A stretch of 48,212 nucleotides of DNA, from positions 1-48,212 of the forward strand of contig DAIUEL010000002.1 of assembly GCA_036845145.1 (NCBI GenBank). The letters run 5' to 3'. Shown in pieces: positions 1 through 7,065 of the stretch. How positions within the stretch are numbered: position 1 is the first letter of the stretch; each line of letters begins with the position of its first letter. The position numbers and the translations under genes are program-made. This DNA is from Rhodanobacteraceae bacterium (lineage in GTDB: Bacteria; Pseudomonadota; Gammaproteobacteria; Xanthomonadales; Rhodanobacteraceae). The notes beneath the pieces are model-generated. The model was given only the letters and a program-made list of their open reading frames with translations, had not been told where the DNA came from and did not search any database.

Positions 1-621
1 TGGTCGGCGCGCTGGTTGCCGGAGCATCGCGTGCGGATCGGGGTCGGCCACGAGGTCACGGAGCTGCGGCGCGCCGAACGCGAACTCGAGCACCGCGCCA
101 ACCACGATTCACTGACCGGCCTGGTCAACCGGCACCGCCTGCAGGTGGAACTGCAAGCCGCCATCGATCGTGCGGCCGACGAGGGCGGCGGACTCGCGCT
201 CTTGTACATAGACCTGGACGGGTTCAAGCGCGTCAACGATCGTGCCGGCCATGCGGTCGGCGACCGCTTGTTGCGCGAGCTTGCCGGGCGCATGCAGCGG
301 GGCGTCCGCCAAAACGACCTGGTCGCGCGCGTCGGCGGCGACGAATTCGTGGTGCTGCTGCCCGAGTGTCACGACGTCCACGCCGCGCGGGAAATTGCCG
401 ACAGTTTGCGGGCGCGCCTTACGATGCCGTACCGGCTGCCGGAGGGGCTGTTTCAACTGGACGCGAGTATCGGCGTCGCCACGTTTCCCGCCGATGGGGC
501 CGGTGCGGAAGCTCTGCTGATGCACGCCGACAAGTCGATGTACGCCGCCAAGCATGGCGGGCGCACCCGTGTCGAAAACCTTGTCGTCGAGGAATTGAAA
601 TCAGCCACCGGGACGGCGTGA
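1..621 (+). CDS. diguanylate cyclase (GGDEF domain) C-terminal part, 5'-truncated by the window edge
   Basis: Frame 1 is open from base 1. Motifs seen: DSLTGLVNR, YIDLDGFKRVND, GGDEFVVLL (GGDEF site), SIGVATFP, ADKSMYAAKHGGR. Confidence 0.9.
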   Translation, partial: WSARWLPEHRVRIGVGHEVTELRRAERELEHRANHDSLTGLVNRHRLQVELQAAIDRAADEGGGLALLYIDLDGFKRVNDRAGHAVGDRLLRELAGRMQRGVRQNDLVARVGGDEFVVLLPECHDVHAAREIADSLRARLTMPYRLPEGLFQLDASIGVATFPADGAGAEALLMHADKSMYAAKHGGRTRVENLVVEELKSATGTA

Positions 622-768
622 TCGAGGAAGCATTGCGCCGAACCGGTGGACGAAACCGCGGTGCGTGGATCGGCCACGCCCCGGTGAGGCGTTGGTCCTG
701 GCTCGGACGACGACGCGAAATCGTCGCGGCTGGAGCTCCTTGTTGCTGGAGCTAGCTTTGGATCGCCA

Positions 769-909
769 TCAGTTCGAGCCAGCCTTCGGCGCGTCGCCGT
801 TCTTGGCCGCTTCGCGCTGCGCACGCTTCTTCGCGTCCTTTTCCGCCACTTTCTTTTTCTTGGCGATTTCGCGTTGACGTTTTTCAAAGGAATAGTTGGG
901 CTTGGCCAT
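769..909 (-). CDS. small Lys/Arg-rich protein, 46 aa, below the ORF-track size cutoff
   Basis: Hand translation gives ATG at 909 and TGA at 771-769: MAKPNYSFEKRQREIAKKKKVAEKDAKKRAQREAAKNGDAPKAGSN. Codon third positions are GC-rich. It resembles a small basic protein family I recall in proteobacteria; this is not verified. Confidence 0.45.
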   Translation of the reverse strand: MAKPNYSFEKRQREIAKKKKVAEKDAKKRAQREAAKNGDAPKAGSN

Positions 910-986
910 GAGCAATCCGTCTGGGCTGGAGAGTGCAGTTTAGAGAAACATGGCCGCCGGACAAACTGACTCAACGAAAACAAGGG

Positions 987-1155
987 TCAGGGCCCACTTT
1001 CCAGCGGGTCTTTGATTCCTTGAGCGTGACCCAGGTTGGCGCGTGATCGCTCGTGTGTTCCCGGCCGCGCATCTCCCGGTCCACGCCTGCAGATTGAAGA
1101 CGCGGTGCCGCGGCCGGACTCGAGGGAATATGATCGATCCGGGCTGGCACACTTC
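987..1155 (-). pseudogene. displaced 3'-terminal fragment of an exodeoxyribonuclease III (xthA-like) gene
   Basis: It translates to ..RIDHIPSSPAAAPRLQSAGVDREMRGREHTSDHAPTWVTLKE.. The intact Xth tail at 6240-6400 reads RIDHILLSPAAAPGLQSAGVDRDVRGWERTSDHAPTWVRLEE. A 1-nt indel shifts the last ~8 codons (KDPLESGP* in another frame vs KGPLESRP*). No N-terminal part is present. Confidence 0.7.
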
Positions 1156-1240
1156 GTACCGCGCATCGCGTACCGGGTGAGCCATTGCGCGACCGGTGCG
1201 CGCACTCGAGGAATACACGGCAGAAGAAGGATCGATGGCC

Positions 1241-2530
1241 ATGACGAGCGCAAAGGCGAAGCGGCGGATCGTTTGGGCGGCACTGGGTGCGCTCGTTGCG
1301 GGGGTGATCGTCATCATCGCGATCAATCTGTGGCCGCACGAGCAGCAGTTGCAGCATCGGCTGCAGCACGTCAGCGCGGTGGACAGCGTGCAGTTCCGGC
1401 GCGAGATCGGAACGCTGCTGGGTGCCAGCGTCACCGAAGGCAACGCCGTGGCCGACTACCAGAATGGCGCGGAGTACTTTCCGGCCATGTTGGCGGCCAT
1501 TCGCGGCGCGCAACGCAGCGTCAACATGGAAACCTACATCTACTGGTCCGGCGACATCGCCAGAAAATTTGCCGACGCCTTGATCGAACGCGCCCGCGCC
1601 GGGGTGAAAGTGCACGTGCTGGCCGACTGGGCCGGATCCTCGAAAATGAAGCGATCACTGGTTGAACGCATGCGCGCCGGTGGCGTCCGCTTCGAGTACT
1701 TCCACCCGCTGCATTGGTATTCGCTCGACCGGATCAACAACCGCACGCATCGCAAGCTGCTGATCGTCGATGGCAAGGTCGCTTTCAATGGCGGAGCCGG
1801 AATAGCGGACGCGTGGAATGGCAATGCCACCCGGCCGGATCAGTGGCGCGACATGGAATTTCGGGTGGAGGGCCCCGTTGCGGCGCAGATGCAGGCGATT
1901 TTCGCGGACAACTGGCTGGCCACCACCGGCGAAGTCTTGCTGGGCGACGCTTACTACCCGGACGCGCCGCGGGCCGGCAACACCGCGGTGCAGGCATTTG
2001 CCAGTTCGCCCGATGGCGGCAGCGTCAACATGCAGTTGCTGTACCTGATGGCGATCAACGGCGCGCGGCACAGCATTGACCTGGAAGCCGCGTACTTCGT
2101 CCCCGACGACTTGACCCGGACCGCACTGCTCGATGCGTTGCATCGTGGCGTGAAAGTGCGCATCGTCGTGCCCGGTGCGCACGTGGACAGCCCGGTCGTG
2201 CGTAATGCTTCGCGGGAGACCTGGGGCGTATTCATGCAGGCGGGCGCGCGCTTCTTCGAATTCCAACCGTCGCTGTTCCACAACAAGTTGATGGTGGTGG
2301 ACAGCTATCTGACGATCGGCGGCTCGGCCAACTTCGACGACCGCTCCTTCAAGCTCAACGACGAATCCAACCTCAACATCCCCGACCGTGCGTTCGCCAC
2401 GCACATGACCGAAGTGATCGACGCCGACATCAGCCGCTCGCGCGAAGTCACGCTTGCGCAATGGCGCGATCGCCCATGGACGCGACGCGTGGCCGACTGG
2501 CTGTCGACGCTGGGTGCGTCGCAGCTCTGA
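1241..2530 (+). CDS. phospholipase D / cardiolipin synthase family protein with N-terminal membrane anchor
   Basis: Two HKD motifs: HRKLLIVDGKVAFNGGAGIAD and HNKLMVVDSYLTIGGSANFDDRS. TM segment IVWAALGALVAGVIVIIAINLW. AAGGA lies 9 nt before the ATG at 1241; the in-frame ATG at 1235 is an alternative start. Confidence 0.85.
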   Translation: MTSAKAKRRIVWAALGALVAGVIVIIAINLWPHEQQLQHRLQHVSAVDSVQFRREIGTLLGASVTEGNAVADYQNGAEYFPAMLAAIRGAQRSVNMETYIYWSGDIARKFADALIERARAGVKVHVLADWAGSSKMKRSLVERMRAGGVRFEYFHPLHWYSLDRINNRTHRKLLIVDGKVAFNGGAGIADAWNGNATRPDQWRDMEFRVEGPVAAQMQAIFADNWLATTGEVLLGDAYYPDAPRAGNTAVQAFASSPDGGSVNMQLLYLMAINGARHSIDLEAAYFVPDDLTRTALLDALHRGVKVRIVVPGAHVDSPVVRNASRETWGVFMQAGARFFEFQPSLFHNKLMVVDSYLTIGGSANFDDRSFKLNDESNLNIPDRAFATHMTEVIDADISRSREVTLAQWRDRPWTRRVADWLSTLGASQL

Positions 2531-2588
2531 AGGCGGAAACGGAAACAGGGAAGCCAGGGTCGGAGCGAGTGCGAATCGAGATTCGCCA

Positions 2589-2753
2589 TCAGGATGAGCC
2601 GCGTACGAAGTGATTCTCGCGCCGCGTGATTTCGCGCAAGTCCTGCAGGTAGCGGATGTGATCGATCTCTGCGAAGAAGCGCGGGCGGCGAGCATTGCCA
2701 CGCTGGATCACGTGCCGTGCGATGCCGGGGCCGAGCCGGTGGCGACGGGGCAT
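2589..2753 (-). pseudogene. N-terminal ~54-aa fragment of a REP-associated tyrosine transposase (RAYT, IS200/IS605 Y1 family)
   Basis: MPRRHRLGPGIARHVIQRGNARRPRFFAEIDHIRYLQDLREI matches the conserved RAYT N-terminus (..HV.QRGN.R...FF...DY..YL..L). The ORF then stops before the HUH and Tyr catalytic regions. Confidence 0.55.
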
Positions 2754-3250
2754 GGTCGCGATCCTTGCAAGACGGTGCGGCATTCTCGCTGTCGCGCGCA
2801 CGCTGGTCCCCGAGGTCGCCGGGAACGTCCGTCGGGAAAAGTCGATTCTGATCCCGCGGTTTAACAAAAAATACAGTAATTCAAAGAAGGCTTGACACGC
2901 TTCCGTCGGGCGATCATGTTACGAAAATTCCGGCAACGGCAAGGAGGCATTATCGGAGTGGAGACGGGAATTACTTGGTTTTCCGTCTGGACGTCGAAAT
3001 ATTCTGCATGGCGAAACTGCGTCGCAAAAGTGACGTCATAGAGAGTTGTCGCCGCAATGCATGCCCTTGCCTTGAACTCATGGTTTCATCCTTGGTCGGG
3101 CCCGGTTCCTGTGCTTTCGGAGGCGGGCGTTACTCAATAGACGCAAAGCGTTTCAAATAGCTGAAGGCAGCGTCCCGGTCCATGCGTGAAGATGCGATGC
3201 CTATTGCAGCACCCGGGATATGTCAGTGACGTAACCTGAGGACGGCGGCC

Positions 3251-4171
3251 GTGCATTTGCTGCTGGGTGATCCGCAAGCTCCTTTCTGTTTGCGAGTTCG
3301 CGCCGTGTTGGAGTCGCGCAACTTCGCGACCCATGTCATGGCGAACCCATTGGTGCATCCATCGCGTTTTGCATGGCGATTGGATAATGGGCAATCCGCC
3401 ACCCGACTTGCCTGGGATGGCGGGCCGTCGATTCGTAACGAAGACATCTCCGGTGTGCTGGTAACCGGCACGGCGTGGATTGATCCCGCCGGTTGGCAGC
3501 CCGATGACCTGGCCTACGTGTACGCAGAGACGCAGGCAGCGCTGCTGGCATGGTTGTGGAGTCTTGATTGCCCGGTGGTCAACCGCTTTGCGGCTGCGAT
3601 TTGGCATCGCCCCAAAATTCCGTTCCTGTTCTGGCACCGGCTGTTGCGGCGCTGTGGTCTTCCGACGCCGGACACATTGGTAACCAACGTGGCGCGGGAG
3701 GCCCGGGCGTTCGGGGATCGTCTTGGCCAGGAAAACATGGCGGGTGTTGTCTATGGGCCACTCACCAGCGACATACGTTACTTGGTATCCAGCGACCAGG
3801 ACTGGAACGGCATGGCCGCACTACAGCGCTACGCGCCGGTTTGCCTGGCGCATCCACACGGAGCGGTACAACTGGTCTGTGTGGTGGGTGAGCAGGTGGT
3901 GTGGGAAGGGGAGCCGCCTCCCGAAATGACCCCGCTTGAACCGGCCTTGCGTCGATTCGCGGCGGCGGCGGGTTTGACTTTCGTGGAGATGGCTTTTGCT
4001 CCGGCCTCGGACGGTCACATTTGCGTCGTGGCCGTCGAGCCCCATCCCAACTTCGAACGCTTCGGAGATATCGCCCAAGAGCAGATCGTGGAGGGAATAG
4101 TGCGTTCCATTACGGAAGCACCGCGCGCCCGCAAGGGTTCCGTGCAATCAAGGCAATCGAGCTTCGCATGA
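3251..4171 (+). CDS. ATP-grasp-like protein, degenerate paralog of the downstream ligase
   Basis: GTG start preceded by GAGGA. It is colinear with the next ORF by eye: HLLLGDP/ILVCGGL, CPVVNRF/CPVVNRL, GLPTPDTLVTN/GLLTPPTLVTN, VEPHPNF/FEINPCPGF. It has VVYGPLTS where the paralog has VIYKSLSG, lacks the VDYRY segment, and has E-x-H instead of E-x-N. Confidence 0.65.
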   Translation: MHLLLGDPQAPFCLRVRAVLESRNFATHVMANPLVHPSRFAWRLDNGQSATRLAWDGGPSIRNEDISGVLVTGTAWIDPAGWQPDDLAYVYAETQAALLAWLWSLDCPVVNRFAAAIWHRPKIPFLFWHRLLRRCGLPTPDTLVTNVAREARAFGDRLGQENMAGVVYGPLTSDIRYLVSSDQDWNGMAALQRYAPVCLAHPHGAVQLVCVVGEQVVWEGEPPPEMTPLEPALRRFAAAAGLTFVEMAFAPASDGHICVVAVEPHPNFERFGDIAQEQIVEGIVRSITEAPRARKGSVQSRQSSFA

Positions 4172-5145
4172 TTCTCGTCTGCGGTGGCTTGGCCGACAAG
4201 GTGACCGAACTGGTATGTGCGCGGTTGCTGGACTGTGGCTATCCATATCGATTGCTTGATTTGGGAGGTTATCCAACCGGATTCCAATGCAAGTGGCGCT
4301 GGCGAGACGCTGGACCCGATGGCTACATCGTCGGCCCCGATTGGAAGCTCGATCTGGACGAGCTAACGGGTGTCTATATCCGTTACCTGGGGCCGGAAGG
4401 ACGAACGCCTCCGCCCGGCGTTGCACCAGCAGACGTGCCGACGATGTATTTCGAGTATGACACCGGCCTCACAGCCTTGCTGGAGGATTTGCCCTGCCCG
4501 GTGGTCAATCGCCTCGCAGGCGGAATGTCCAACAACAGCAAGGCTTACCAGGCATTGCTGGTGCGTCAGTGTGGCCTGCTGACACCGCCTACGCTCGTTA
4601 CCAATGACCCGGAAGCGGCGCTTCGCTTTTACGACGAGTGCCAGAGCGAGGTCATCTACAAGTCGTTGAGTGGAATCCGATCGATTGTCAGGCGCGTAGA
4701 GGCCGACCAGTTGGAGCGCCTGCCTCTGTTGCGCCACGGTCCAGCCCAGTTCCAGGCGTTCATACCGGGAGAGAACGTGCGGGTGCACACTGTAGGTGAC
4801 CAGTTGTTTGCCACGCGGGTGCGTTCGAATGCGGTGGACTATCGCTACGCCAGCCGCGAAGGCCACCACGTGGAAATGGAACCCACCACGTTGCCCCCGG
4901 CTATTGCGGAATCGTGTATGCGTCTTGCGCGGCGGCTGGATCTGCTGCTGACCGGCATCGACCTCAAGGAGGATCCGGACGGCAACTATTACTGCTTCGA
5001 GATCAATCCCTGTCCGGGCTTCCTGTACTACGAACAATATACCGGTCAGCCAATCAGCACCGCACTCGCAACCCTGCTCCACAAACCTGCCCCATCCGGA
5101 TGCGAGTCGGACCACGGTGATGGGAGGAGGGTAGCCGCGCGATGA
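4168..5145 (+). CDS. MvdC/MvdD-like (RimK-type) ATP-grasp ligase
   Basis: The ATG at 4168 overlaps the upstream stop (ATGA at 4168-4171). There is a pre-ATP-grasp N-domain (MILVCGGLADKV..). Other motifs: SNNSKAYQ, VIYKSLSG (ATP-binding Lys), QAFIPGENVRVHTVG, VDYRY, YYCFEINPCPGF (Mg-binding E-x-N). Confidence 0.8.
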   Translation: MILVCGGLADKVTELVCARLLDCGYPYRLLDLGGYPTGFQCKWRWRDAGPDGYIVGPDWKLDLDELTGVYIRYLGPEGRTPPPGVAPADVPTMYFEYDTGLTALLEDLPCPVVNRLAGGMSNNSKAYQALLVRQCGLLTPPTLVTNDPEAALRFYDECQSEVIYKSLSGIRSIVRRVEADQLERLPLLRHGPAQFQAFIPGENVRVHTVGDQLFATRVRSNAVDYRYASREGHHVEMEPTTLPPAIAESCMRLARRLDLLLTGIDLKEDPDGNYYCFEINPCPGFLYYEQYTGQPISTALATLLHKPAPSGCESDHGDGRRVAAR

Positions 5146-5221
5146 ATCGCACGACCATGGCAGTCGTGCGACGGATGCACTTGAAGCGTAATCGTTACCA
5201 CAGGACAAGGAGTTCGCGATC

Positions 5222-5734
5222 ATGGCAAAGTCAAGACAAAGCACACGGGACGCCCCTGCGGCGTCCAAGCAGCCCTTCGTCTCCCAGAAAGATCGTCCCG
5301 AGATGCGGATCAATCTCGATACGCCGCTCGGCGAGCTGCGGGTCAGGGAATTGTCCGCCATCCTGGGGTTCATGACGGGCAAGAACCCCAACTTCGAAGT
5401 GGGCAAAACCTCCTTGAAGGATTTCTTCGACAAGGACTTTCCCGAGGTGGCGAAAGACTGGGTCAAGGAGCTCAAGAGCGAGAAGCTCGAAAAAAACGAG
5501 ATCAAGGACAGCAAGGGCGAGAAAACCGAGAAACTGGAAAAGCACGAAAAAAACGAGAAGAGTGAAATCAAGGAAGCCAAGGCCGAGAAGGCGGAAAATG
5601 ATGGTGTCTTCGATCCTGGAAACGTGATTCGGAGGGATCCCAGGATGGATGAAATCATCCAGGCTGTGGCGGGCTTGACCAAGCAGGTGAGTCAACTCAG
5701 CAATCAGGTGGCGGAGTTGCAAAAGAAGGGCTAG
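5222..5734 (+). CDS. 170-aa Lys/Glu-rich protein of unknown function; candidate substrate of the adjacent ATP-grasp pair
   Basis: AAGGAG lies 9 nt upstream of the ATG, and the gene starts 76 nt after the ligase gene on the same strand. The protein has a structured-looking N-region (LGELRVRELSAILGF), a central E/K tract and a C-terminal coiled-coil-like tail (IIQAVAGLTKQVSQLSNQVAELQKK). Confidence 0.7.
   Translation: MAKSRQSTRDAPAASKQPFVSQKDRPEMRINLDTPLGELRVRELSAILGFMTGKNPNFEVGKTSLKDFFDKDFPEVAKDWVKELKSEKLEKNEIKDSKGEKTEKLEKHEKNEKSEIKEAKAEKAENDGVFDPGNVIRRDPRMDEIIQAVAGLTKQVSQLSNQVAELQKKG
5453..5602 (+). repeat. period-3 (E-K-x)n tract inside the CDS (residues 78-127)
   Basis: KDWVKELKSEKLEKNEIKDSKGEKTEKLEKHEKNEKSEIKEAKAEKAEND. 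By hand count there are 15 Lys and 16 Asp/Glu in 50 residues. Lys recurs every third residue with two one-residue phase slips. The DNA is visibly A-rich (gagaag/gaaaaa units). Confidence 0.85.
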
Positions 5735-6230
5735 ACGCGAGGGACCGCGGTGTTGCACTACCTCACGGCGGTCGGCCTTGCTCCAACGATCCGGACCGGA
5801 CCTCGCCCGCGCAGACGCAACGGCTCATCGGGATGCCGTCGGGCGAGGCCTGAATTCTTCGAGTCGAAACGTGTACCCGGATCAAGACGAGCCACGCAGG
5901 CGCAACATCGTCGCATCCCTTGTCGTTGCGTTCTCTTTGAGATCCATGGTTCGCACGATCAGGAAGACCAGCGTGGCGAGCGCCAGGATCCGCATCGGGC
6001 CGCTGCGGACGACGCGCGCGCCGCGGCGGCGCGCAGCGCCGGCGGATCGGGGCGGCCGCCGCTTGCCGGGGCGGTGATCACGATTCCCAATGCGGTCAGG
6101 TCGTGATGACGATGCCGACAACCAGTCCGCGCTGTGTTGAGTCGATGGCTGGCGCTGCCGAGGACACGGGCTCGTGCATATGGAACCAACAGGAGACGGA
6201 GACAATCGATCTGGAAAAAGGGGGCGCGGA

Positions 6231-6404
6231 AAACACGGGTCAGGGCCGACTTTCCAGCGGCCCTTTGGTTTCTTCGAGCCTGACCCAGGTCGGCGCGTGA
6301 TCGCTGGTGCGTTCCCAGCCGCGCACATCCCGGTCCACGCCTGCCGATTGAAGGCCCGGTGCTGCGGCGGGACTCAGCAGAATGTGGTCGATCCGCAGCC
6401 CGGC
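6231..6404. repeat. right copy of a ~175-bp diverged direct repeat (3' end of intact xthA plus ~9 nt past the stop); the left copy is 977-1155
   Basis: Same-orientation alignment by eye: aaaaca[a/c]gggtcagggcc..ccaggt[t/c]ggcgcgtgatcgct..cccggtccacgcctgc..gattgaag..gatcc. Identity is roughly 80-85% with one 1-nt indel. Confidence 0.7.
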
Positions 6405-7040
6405 ATCGCGCGCAAACGCGTTGCGCAGGTACTTCCAGAACGTGTAGACGCGCTCGTCCGGATGCAGCGCGCGAAGCGTGTCGGTCCAGCCCTGCGCCAA
6501 CAAGTCGCGGTATGCCGCGCGCACCTCGGGACGAAACAGCGCGTCGTCCACCCAGCGTTCCGGCGCGTAAACATCCAGTTCTTCCGGGATCACGTTGAAG
6601 TCCCCGGCCAGCGCGACGGGCATGCCGGAATCGAGAAGATCGCGCGCATGGTCCGCAAGTCGTTGGAACCAGCGCAGCTTGTAGTCGAATTTCGGACCGG
6701 GAGCAGGGTTGCCGTTGGGCAGGTAGAGGCACCCGATGACCATTCCACCCACTTCCGCTTCGAGGTATCGGCTTTGCACGTCATCCGGATCGCCGGCCAA
6801 AGCCCGCCTGCGTTCCACGGGATCGCAACCCTTGCCCAGGATCGCAACGCCATTCCAGCTCTTCTGCCCGTGCCACACTGCGCCATAGCCGGCGTCATGG
6901 AGGGCGGCGGCGGGAAACTGCTCCTGCGGCGCCTTGAGTTCCTGAAGGCAAACGATGTCCGGCAACTGCTCCTCGAGCCAGCGAAGCAGCAAAGGCAACC
7001 GCGCGCGAATGCCGTTGACGTTGTAGGTGGCGATTTTCAT
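6240..7040 (-). CDS. xthA: exodeoxyribonuclease III
   Basis: MKIATYNVNGIRARLP, DIVCLQELK, GDFNVIPEE, RIDHILLS and SDHAPTWV are all present. The length (266 aa) is typical. Confidence 0.95.
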   Translation of the reverse strand: MKIATYNVNGIRARLPLLLRWLEEQLPDIVCLQELKAPQEQFPAAALHDAGYGAVWHGQKSWNGVAILGKGCDPVERRRALAGDPDDVQSRYLEAEVGGMVIGCLYLPNGNPAPGPKFDYKLRWFQRLADHARDLLDSGMPVALAGDFNVIPEELDVYAPERWVDDALFRPEVRAAYRDLLAQGWTDTLRALHPDERVYTFWKYLRNAFARDAGLRIDHILLSPAAAPGLQSAGVDRDVRGWERTSDHAPTWVRLEETKGPLESRP

Positions 7041-7065
7041 TGTTCAAAAACGTGGACGGACCCAG

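Noticed and set aside
2971-3160. Small ORFs in the lower-GC spacer upstream of the ATP-grasp genes: minus 2971-3081 (36 aa, basic, AAGGA before ATG) and plus 3008-3160 (50 aa, Cys-rich). Considered as alternative precursor peptides.
   Set aside because: There is no codon-bias support and no Thr/Ser/Lys/Asp/Glu-rich core expected of an ATP-grasp substrate. The two overlap each other on opposite strands. They cannot be excluded without comparative data.
4363-5682. 439-aa minus-strand ORF spanning the ATP-grasp ligase and the E/K-rich gene
   Set aside because: It is antisense to two well-supported genes. Its Ser/Phe/Leu-rich tail (SFFSCFSSFSVFS..) is simply the complement of the E/K repeat, and the rest is Arg/Gly/Pro-rich high-GC shadow.
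5882-6180. Short hydrophobic ORF pieces (MHEPVSS..GLVVGIVITT, ALGIVITAP.., MRILALATLVFLIV..) in three frames on the minus strand
   Set aside because: They look like debris of a decayed membrane-protein gene at the island edge. No single frame is intact and there is no recognisable family.
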